Origin: Polyangiales bacterium | GTDB lineage: Bacteria; Myxococcota_A; Polyangia; Polyangiales; JADJQN01 | Assembly (NCBI GenBank): GCA_964202905.1 | Contig: CAXNJO010000007.1 | Location: 96,001 to 160,000 of the forward strand | Reading direction: 5' to 3' | DNA: 64,000 bases | Shown: in pieces, positions 57,194 to 64,000 of the stretch | How positions within the stretch are numbered: position 1 is the first letter of the stretch | Layout of the letters: the number at the start of each line of letters is the position of its first letter | Notes under the pieces: generated by a model | Databases searched by the model: none | Seen by the model: only the letters and a program-made list of their open reading frames with translations | Told to the model about the DNA's origin: nothing | Translations under genes and position numbers: made by a program

Positions 57194-59626
57194 TCACCAG
57201 GTCGCAGTGCGCGTGGCCGCGATGCCCCGCAGCGAGGCGACCGCCTGCAACCCGAGGCCGACGGGCGCGCCATCGGTCTTCTCGAGGTAGAGGTCGTACC
57301 CGACCGAGAGGCCGAGCCAGCTCGCCAGCGCGAACGTCGCGCCCGCGTGCGCGCGCAGCGACTGGGTGCGCAGGCCTCCGAGCGCGAGTACGTCCCGCAC
57401 GAAGTAGTTCACGTCCGCGTCGAAGGTGATGCCCCGCGTGGCGGCGTCTCCGAGCGTGAACGGCGAGAGCACGAGCTGCGCGCCGAGGCCGGGGTCGAAG
57501 CGTGCCTCGGGCGAGAGCAACTCGTCCTCGACGCCCGCGGAGAGACGCAGCACGAGCGGACGCGCCAGCAGGAAGCTCACGCCGAGGGTCGGGCGCAAGA
57601 GCAGGTGACGCCAGTCGCGCGCGGCGTCGGGGCCGCTCGGCACGGTCAGCTCGGTCTCCGCGTAGAGCCCGAGCGTGGGGCGCGGCTGGTACCAGACCGG
57701 CTCGCGCGCGCCGTCGAACTTCCAGATCGCCGTCGTCTGGAAGACGACGAGGTCGTCGCTCTCCTGGTAGGGCTGCGGGGCCTCTTCGTTGGCCGTCCAC
57801 ACGAGGCGGTATTTGACCGAGCTGGCCGTCGTCCAATGCACCCGCGTCGCGTCGAGCGAGGTCGTCAGCGTGGCCGAGCCGCCGAGTCCCACCGTCCGGT
57901 CCCGCGTGAGCTGCGCGGCGTCGTAGCGGCGCGCGCCGGCCGCGTCGCTCGGGTTCGAGATCGCGGTGCCGCCGAAGGCGAGGTCTACGACGACGCGGGC
58001 TTGCCACTCGGCGGCGTCTTCGGGGCGCGAGACCGTGTCGCGGGCGTCGCCGTCGCGCGGGCGTCCGAGGTGCGTGCGGAGGGCGGAGCGCAGGGTCGCG
58101 CCCCGCAGCGGCGCCCACGCGGGGCCTTCCGGCAGCAGCGCCGCGGCGCCGTCCGCGAGGTACGAGAGCGTCACGACGCGGTACCGGAGGTCGGCCGCGA
58201 CCGGCTGCCCCCCGACCCGCGCCGACCCGTCGACGAGCGTGAGGCCGGCCGCGACGAGCGTCTCCGGGGCGAGGGCCTTCGCGGCCTTTTCGAGCCACGC
58301 GGCGCTGACGTCCGCGACGACGAGGGGGTCGTCGAACAGGGCGGCGAGGTAGACGTCACTCTCGGTGAGCGAGTCGGCGCGAAGCGGCGTGAAGGCGGCA
58401 TCGAAGGCCGAGGTGTTGACGAGGGCGACGTCCGCGCGCGCCTCGTCCCGCACGACGTGCGCGGCGAGCGAGACGAAGGCGGAGGCGTCGAGCGGGCGCG
58501 TGAGCCGACCGCCCGGCAGTGGGTGGCCCCAGCGCGTGCAGTACGCCCGCCCGATCGACGCGATCAACCCCGCGATGCCGCGCGAGGGTGCCGTGGCCGG
58601 AGGGAGCGGGCGCACGTGGAGGTCGGCAGGCTCGCCCTGCGCCGCCGTCGCGCGGACCTGCACGTCGACGGCACCGCCGGCCGGGGCGGCCGCGAGCGCG
58701 GGTGTCACCGAGGGCGGCCGCGCGAAGAGCACCTCGCCCCCACCGCCAGCCGCGAGCAGCAAGTCGGGCCGCGCCTCCGGGGCGAGCGACGCGGCGAGCG
58801 CCAGGGCTGCGCCCGCATCGCGCCCGCTGTCCTCGATCGAGACGACGACGAACGACGCGCCCGCGCGGCGGGCCTCCGGGACGCGCCGGGCGAGGCTCTC
58901 GGCGAGCGGCTCGAGCCGCAGGCCTGCCGCTTTCTCGTGGGAGAGCGTGCCGAGCACCGCGGGGGCGAGGAGCGAGAGGAAGGCCACGCGCACCCCGCCT
59001 GCCGACAACATCGCGGGCGGCTCTGCCGCGTCGATCACCGACGCGCACACCGCGCGCGCCGCGGGGCTGCAGGTGAGGTTCGAGGCGACCACCGGGACGC
59101 CGCGGGCCGCGAGCGCCTCCCACACGCGCAGCGCGGGTGCGCGCGGCGCGCTGAGGTCGGTCGGTCCGACCGCCACCGCGTGGAAGCCCGAGTCCGCGAG
59201 CGCGACCGCGAGGGCCGCGGGCTCTCGCTCGGCGGCGAACGCGGTGACACCGCTCGGCCCGAGCAGCCCGCCCGTGTCCAGCACGATCGCGCCAGCCGCC
59301 CGGGCGGCCTCCGTCGCGCCGAGCACGCGCGCGGCGTCGCTCGACTCGAGATCGCTCGTGGGCGTGCACGCCGGGGTCGCGAGCGCCCCGCGCAGGCGGC
59401 TCGTCGCCACGATGCGCAGGGCGGAGCCGGCGTCCGGCGGGCTGCTGGTCGCGTCCTGTGCCTCGGCGCGCGGTGCGGCCCCGCCGAGCAGCGCGGCGAG
59501 CAGCACTCCGAGCGCCGCGGCGTCGCGGGCGCCCGTGGGGCGCTGGCAAGGGAGGCGGCGGCGACGGAGGCGGGCAGCGGGGCGACCGCGTGACCGGGAG
59601 GGGCGGGGGGCGTCGTGACCGTTCAT
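57194..59626 (-). CDS. Degenerate 5'-nucleotidase-like protein fused to a C-terminal outer-membrane beta-barrel
   Basis: Signal AEA-Q; calcineurin-like fold (VVASNL, GVRVAFL); 5'-NT C domain (ADVALVN, YRVVTLSYLADG); amphipathic beta strands ending in W. Confidence 0.65.
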   Translation of the reverse strand: MNGHDAPRPSRSRGRPAARLRRRRLPCQRPTGARDAAALGVLLAALLGGAAPRAEAQDATSSPPDAGSALRIVATSRLRGALATPACTPTSDLESSDAARVLGATEAARAAGAIVLDTGGLLGPSGVTAFAAEREPAALAVALADSGFHAVAVGPTDLSAPRAPALRVWEALAARGVPVVASNLTCSPAARAVCASVIDAAEPPAMLSAGGVRVAFLSLLAPAVLGTLSHEKAAGLRLEPLAESLARRVPEARRAGASFVVVSIEDSGRDAGAALALAASLAPEARPDLLLAAGGGGEVLFARPPSVTPALAAAPAGGAVDVQVRATAAQGEPADLHVRPLPPATAPSRGIAGLIASIGRAYCTRWGHPLPGGRLTRPLDASAFVSLAAHVVRDEARADVALVNTSAFDAAFTPLRADSLTESDVYLAALFDDPLVVADVSAAWLEKAAKALAPETLVAAGLTLVDGSARVGGQPVAADLRYRVVTLSYLADGAAALLPEGPAWAPLRGATLRSALRTHLGRPRDGDARDTVSRPEDAAEWQARVVVDLAFGGTAISNPSDAAGARRYDAAQLTRDRTVGLGGSATLTTSLDATRVHWTTASSVKYRLVWTANEEAPQPYQESDDLVVFQTTAIWKFDGAREPVWYQPRPTLGLYAETELTVPSGPDAARDWRHLLLRPTLGVSFLLARPLVLRLSAGVEDELLSPEARFDPGLGAQLVLSPFTLGDAATRGITFDADVNYFVRDVLALGGLRTQSLRAHAGATFALASWLGLSVGYDLYLEKTDGAPVGLGLQAVASLRGIAATRTATW

Positions 59627-59697
59627 TGCCCACGCGCATCTGCGATCCCGTCCCTCGCGATGTCAAGCGGAGCCGGGCGAGCGGTCGTGGGGCGAGG

Positions 59698-60504
59698 CTA
59701 GAACGCCATCTCGAAGGCGCACTCGAAGTCGAACTGCGTCGCGACCGGGTTGCCCTGCGCGTCGAGCGGCGGCGTGAAGAGCATCTGCGGATCGCGGAAC
59801 ATGCGCCGGCACGCGTCGCCGAAGGCCGCGCGCGAGGCGTTGACGACCCGCACGCTCGTCGCGCGTCCATCGGGGCCGAGCACGACGCGCACCTTGGCCT
59901 CGCCCTCGATGCCCTGCTCACGCTCCTCCCGCGGGAAGTAGCGGTCGAGGATGGCGTCGGCGTTGGCCGGCGGGCGTGGCCCGCGCGACAGATCGGCGGC
60001 GGCGACGATGCGCGGCCCCGCGGGCGCCTGCCCGGTGCCCGTGCCGCCCGGCGCACCCGTCGCGGAGCCCTCGACGCGCCGCCCGGTGGGCGTCCCCGGC
60101 GGGCCGATCGGCCCCTCGCGCGAGACGCCGCTCGAGGCTTGGATCGCGAAGGACGACGGGCCGTCGTTCGTGAGCGTGACGTTGTCGAAGGCGACGGGGG
60201 TCTCCTCGAGGGGTGCGGGCGGCGGTTCGTCGGGGGGCGGTTCCGTCTCGCGCGGCACGGCCGCGGGGCGCGGGGCCGGCGCCTCGGGCTCGGGCGGGGG
60301 AGGCGGCGGCTCCTCGGCGGGCGCCGGCTCGGGCGGGAGGGGCTCGGGCTCCGGCGTCTCGACGACGAACGCGATCTCCGCGCGCTCCTCGCGCGCGAGC
60401 AGCGAGTCTGGGATCGCCCCGAGCGCCAGGAACGCGCCCACGTGCACGCCGACGCTCGCGAAGAGCAGGGCGAACAGAATCAGGGGGCTGCGGTCGTGGC
60501 GCAT
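59698..60504 (-). CDS. tonB: TonB family energy transducer
   Basis: TM helix with SVGVH (SxxxH), EP-rich linker, YFP..E..QGIEG...V.V....DG. Confidence 0.85.
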   Translation of the reverse strand: MRHDRSPLILFALLFASVGVHVGAFLALGAIPDSLLAREERAEIAFVVETPEPEPLPPEPAPAEEPPPPPPEPEAPAPRPAAVPRETEPPPDEPPPAPLEETPVAFDNVTLTNDGPSSFAIQASSGVSREGPIGPPGTPTGRRVEGSATGAPGGTGTGQAPAGPRIVAAADLSRGPRPPANADAILDRYFPREEREQGIEGEAKVRVVLGPDGRATSVRVVNASRAAFGDACRRMFRDPQMLFTPPLDAQGNPVATQFDFECAFEMAF

Positions 60505-60553
60505 GGGATCTCGGGACCTGGGCTCGGACGCGCGGCGTCGCCAGCCGGTCTGA

Positions 60554-60970
60554 TCAGTTCTGCATGTCCTCGGGGCGAACGTTGATGGCGAACTTCGTCA
60601 CGCCCTCTTCGCGCAGCACCGTGATCACCCGGACGACGCGCATGTACTGGATGCGGCCATCGCCCGCGATGACCGCGCGGAGGTCGTGGTCACGCCCGTA
60701 GGCCGTGCGGATGCCGCGCCGCAGCTCCGTTTCGCTCACGGGGCGCGCGTCGAGGAAGAGGCCGCCACCCTGATCGATCGTGATCGCGAGGGGTGGCGTG
60801 TCGCTCGCCGCGCCCACCGAAGACTGCGGCAGGTCGACCGGGATGGTCTTCGCCGCGAGGTAGTTCGCCGTGACCATGAGGATGATCAGCAGCACGAGCA
60901 CGATGTCGACGAGCGGCGTGACGTTGATCGCCGAGATCATGTCCTCGTCGCCGCCACCTCCGCCCGCCAC
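60554..60970 (-). CDS. exbD: ExbD/TolR
   Basis: INVTPLVDIVLVLLIILMVTA, VDLP. Confidence 0.92.
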   Translation of the reverse strand: MAGGGGGDEDMISAINVTPLVDIVLVLLIILMVTANYLAAKTIPVDLPQSSVGAASDTPPLAITIDQGGGLFLDARPVSETELRRGIRTAYGRDHDLRAVIAGDGRIQYMRVVRVITVLREEGVTKFAINVRPEDMQN

Positions 60971-60973
60971 GGC

Positions 60974-61621
60974 TCAGGCCTCCCCGCTGGCGCCCGTGCG
61001 CCGCGACTTGAGGAACGCGAGCACGTCGTGACCGAGGGACTCGCCACGCGCGAGCCGGCTCTTGATGATCCGCTGGAAGACGTTGAAGAAGGCGACGGCC
61101 GGGAGCGCGACGAGGATGCCGATGGCCGTCGCGACGAGGGCCTCGCCGATCTCGGCCATCAGGTTCGGCGACACCTGCCCGCCCGCGGCGTCGAGCGCGG
61201 CGAACGCACGGATGATGCCGATGACCGTCCCGAGCAGGCCGAGGAACGGCGCGTTGTTCCCGACGGTGCCGAGGAAGACGAGGTTGCGCTCCATCGCGAG
61301 GCGCGCGAGCTCCTTCTCGCCCTCGATGCGCTCCTCGGCGGCCTCGGCGCCCGCGTCCGGCGCGTCGAGCCCGGCCCCCGCGATGCGCGCCTCGAAGGAG
61401 CGCGAGGCGCCGAGCAGCTTCCGCGCGCCCTCGACGTCCTTCTTGCCGAGCAGGGCGAGCAGCTCGCGCTTGACCCGCGTGGCGTCGTCGCCGGTCGAGA
61501 AGAAGTAGTACGCGCGCTCGAGGACGATCGCGAGGCCGACGACCGAGAGCAGCACCAGCAGCCACATCACCCACGTGGCCCCGAGCATCGCGAAGGCCGT
61601 CAGCCGTTCCTGAATGTCCAT
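60974..61621 (-). CDS. exbB: ExbB/TolQ/MotA proton channel
   Basis: LGTVGNNAPFLGLLGTVIGII, EALVATAIGILVALPA. Confidence 0.92.
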   Translation of the reverse strand: MDIQERLTAFAMLGATWVMWLLVLLSVVGLAIVLERAYYFFSTGDDATRVKRELLALLGKKDVEGARKLLGASRSFEARIAGAGLDAPDAGAEAAEERIEGEKELARLAMERNLVFLGTVGNNAPFLGLLGTVIGIIRAFAALDAAGGQVSPNLMAEIGEALVATAIGILVALPAVAFFNVFQRIIKSRLARGESLGHDVLAFLKSRRTGASGEA

Positions 61622-61735
61622 GCATCGTCTCCGCGGACCGAGGCGAGCGAGCGCCGCTCGAGGCGTCGCGGGGTCGGTTCGAGCGCGCGGAGAGTAAGAC
61701 CACGACCGCGCTGCGGCAAGGTTGAGCGACCGCGC

Positions 61736-62836
61736 TCAGGGACCTTCGGGCCCGTCCCGCCCGCCGGCTCCGGCGTCCGCGTCGTCCGCGGCCGAGGGCA
61801 TGTCGGCGGGCTCCTGCTTCGTGATCTCGCGCATCACGACAGTCGCGTACGCGCCCTTCGGAAGGGTGAAGCGGAGCACCACCTCGCCTGCGACGTCGGA
61901 CTCGGCGGACACGTCCGTCGGTCGCACCCGCAGTGGCCGCCGCGTCCCTTCGCCGTCCCGCTCGAAGCGCTCGAGGTCCGCCGCGCCGAGCCCCGCGGCC
62001 TCGAGGACGCGCGCCTCGCGGTCCCGGGCCTCGCGCTCCGGCCAGCGCATCCGCGCGCCGAACATGGGGCCCGTCGCGCTCACCTCGAACGCCGCGACCC
62101 GCGCCGCGGCGTCGGCGAGGTCGTCCGTCGTGAAGAGCCCGCCCGTGTCCTCCTTGCGGAGCAGGTCGCCGTCGACCGCGTCCGCGAGGAGCCCGTCGGT
62201 GACGCGCGCGGCGAGGACCTCGTTGAAGAGCTCCGCCTGCAGCGCGCTCACGAGGAGCTTGCGGCGGAATGGGTCGCGTGGCGGCCGCTCGCCCGCGACG
62301 ATCCAGCGCCGCGCGTCGTCGACGTTTCGGGCGTCGCGTCCGAAGCGCTGCTCGCCGTAGTAGTTCGGGATGCCGTGCGCCGCGAGCCGCGCGAGCACCG
62401 ACCCGACCTCGTGCTCCCGCCCGATCGGCACGTCGCGGACGCGCAGGACGAAGCGGTTGCCCCGCAGGTGCCCCGTGCGGAGCTTGTTGCCGTGCCGCGC
62501 GACGGCGAGGACGCGCACGCCCTCGACCGTCTCGCCGAGCGCCGCGGCCCGCGCGTCGTCACGGCAGGGGACGCTCATCCACTGACGCGTGACGGCGTGC
62601 CGATCCTTGAGCCCGGCGTAGCCGGCGGCGCGCGGCTCGACACCCAGCGCGCGGCAGATGCGGCGGATCGCCTCGGGCGTGGTCAGGCCGCGCTTCTCGA
62701 AGTGCAAATAGAGGTGCTCGCCCGCGCCGGACGGCGCGTACGCCGGCGCTTCGTCGACGACGAAATCCTCGTCGGTGGCCCGGATTCGGCCGGGGATGCC
62801 CGGGAGATCGGCGGTGAGGTGGGGGAGGATCTTCAC
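61736..62836 (-). CDS. truD: tRNA pseudouridine(13) synthase
   Basis: EDFVVDE, GLKDRHAVTRQW, GHLRGNRF, PNYYGEQRFG, FTLPKGAYAT. Confidence 0.95.
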   Translation of the reverse strand: MKILPHLTADLPGIPGRIRATDEDFVVDEAPAYAPSGAGEHLYLHFEKRGLTTPEAIRRICRALGVEPRAAGYAGLKDRHAVTRQWMSVPCRDDARAAALGETVEGVRVLAVARHGNKLRTGHLRGNRFVLRVRDVPIGREHEVGSVLARLAAHGIPNYYGEQRFGRDARNVDDARRWIVAGERPPRDPFRRKLLVSALQAELFNEVLAARVTDGLLADAVDGDLLRKEDTGGLFTTDDLADAAARVAAFEVSATGPMFGARMRWPEREARDREARVLEAAGLGAADLERFERDGEGTRRPLRVRPTDVSAESDVAGEVVLRFTLPKGAYATVVMREITKQEPADMPSAADDADAGAGGRDGPEGP

Positions 62837-62904
62837 GGGGGTAGGCGCTTTCGGGGTAGACGGACGGGGGCCGGGTCCGGTAGACCGTACAAGGGCTGTG
62901 GCGC

Positions 62905-64000
62905 TTGGGGAACGCAAGGCACGAACGCGTCCGCATCGAGGCGACCCGTCTCCTCGAGGCGGGGGTCGCCGGGACGGTGTTTCCGGGCGCGACGGCCTGT
63001 CTCGCCTGGCGGGATGCATCGGGCGCGGCGATCTACGCCGAGGCGTGCGCGGGGCGGCTGCACGAGGGGGCCCCGCGCGTCGAGCCGCGGACGCCCTACG
63101 ATCTCGCGTCGCTCACCAAGCCCTTCCTCGCGACGGCCGCCCTCCGCCTCGTCGCGGGCGGCACCCTCGCGCTCGGCACGCGCGTCGATCTGCTGGTCAG
63201 TGACACGCGCGGGGGGCACGGCGGGGCCGCGACGCTCGAGCAGCTGCTCACGCACCGTTCGGGGCTCGCGGCCTGGGGTGGGCTGTACCTCGACGTCCCG
63301 CACGATCCCGGCACCGCCGCCGCGCGTCGCTGGATCATCGGCGAGGCCTCGCGCCGCCCCGAGGAGGGCGCGCTCGCCACGAAGGGCGCCGCCATTTACA
63401 GCGACCTCGGGTACATCCTCGCGGGCGAGGTGGTCGCGCGCGCGGCGGGGCAGCCCCTCGATCGGGTGATGGCCGCGCAGGTCACCGAGCCGCTCGGGAT
63501 CACCGACGAGGTCTACTTCGCGAGCGCGCTCTCGCCGGAGCGCCGCGCCTCGCTCGTCAAGCGCGCCGCCCCGACGGAGCGTTGCGACTGGCGCGGCCGC
63601 ATCGCGCGCGGCGAGGTCCACGACGAGAACTGCGCGGCCCTCGGCGGCGTGAGCGGGCACGCCGGGCTGTTCGGCAGCGCGCACGGCGTCGCGACGCTCG
63701 GGCGCGCGGTGCTCGACGCGCAGGCGGGTCGCTCCGACTTTCTTCCGCAGGCGCTGCTGCGGGAAGCGCTGGCACCGCGCCCTGGGAGCACGTACCGGCT
63801 CGGCTGGGACGGGAAGAGCGCGGAGGGAAGCACGGCCGGCCGGCGCCTCTCGCCGGAGACCTTCGGGCACCTCGGCTTCACGGGCACGTCGATCTGGTGC
63901 GATCCGACGCGCGACCTCGTCGTCGTGCTCCTGACCAACCGCGTGCACCCGAGCCGGGCCAACGAGCGCATCAAGGGCTTCCGCCCCGCGTTCCACGACG
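62905..64000 (+). CDS. Serine hydrolase (beta-lactamase class C-like), runs off the window end
   Basis: Own translation: VFPGA, YDLASLTKP (SxxK), LLTHRSGL, YSDLGY, GEVHDEN, GHAGLF, FGHLGFTGTS, LTNRVHP. Confidence 0.88.
   Translation, partial: MGNARHERVRIEATRLLEAGVAGTVFPGATACLAWRDASGAAIYAEACAGRLHEGAPRVEPRTPYDLASLTKPFLATAALRLVAGGTLALGTRVDLLVSDTRGGHGGAATLEQLLTHRSGLAAWGGLYLDVPHDPGTAAARRWIIGEASRRPEEGALATKGAAIYSDLGYILAGEVVARAAGQPLDRVMAAQVTEPLGITDEVYFASALSPERRASLVKRAAPTERCDWRGRIARGEVHDENCAALGGVSGHAGLFGSAHGVATLGRAVLDAQAGRSDFLPQALLREALAPRPGSTYRLGWDGKSAEGSTAGRRLSPETFGHLGFTGTSIWCDPTRDLVVVLLTNRVHPSRANERIKGFRPAFHD

Noticed and set aside
61622..61735. Cobalamin or other riboswitch, or Fur box, upstream of exbB
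   Set aside because: Too short, and no B12-box or GATAATGAT-like motif is recognisable.

Overview
Very GC-rich bacterial chromosome segment. Gene content suggests Myxococcota, probably Polyangiales/Sandaracinaceae-like (inference): Cys-rich and DAG-linker lipoproteins, an AgmX/GltG-like TonB_C protein, a TSP3-OmpA protein and a PP2C-cNMP fusion. About 47 CDS, mostly housekeeping: ygiQ-moeA, glpK, smc, prlC-like M3 peptidase, crtC-crtD, ubiB/ABC1, glnB-glnA, psd, exbB-exbD-tonB and truD. I saw no rRNA, tRNA, transposase, integrase, cas or recognisable defence genes. Several genes, including glnA, carry apparent frameshifts that look like assembly indel errors. Best candidates for new biology: (1) an exbB-exbD-tonB cluster with no TonB-dependent receptor, followed by a catalytically degenerate 5'-nucleotidase fused to an outer-membrane beta-barrel, a TraB-like TSP3-OmpA protein and a lipoprotein; (2) two tandem peptidoglycan-active lipoproteins, each with its own sigma54-like promoter and almost no leader; (3) a 32-aa Lys-rich small protein with a perfect SD, not called as its own ORF; (4) an NrdR-box-like palindrome before smc; (5) a three-copy REP-like hairpin array; (6) a PII protein lacking Gln39. 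All family assignments come from motif recognition by eye, not database searches.
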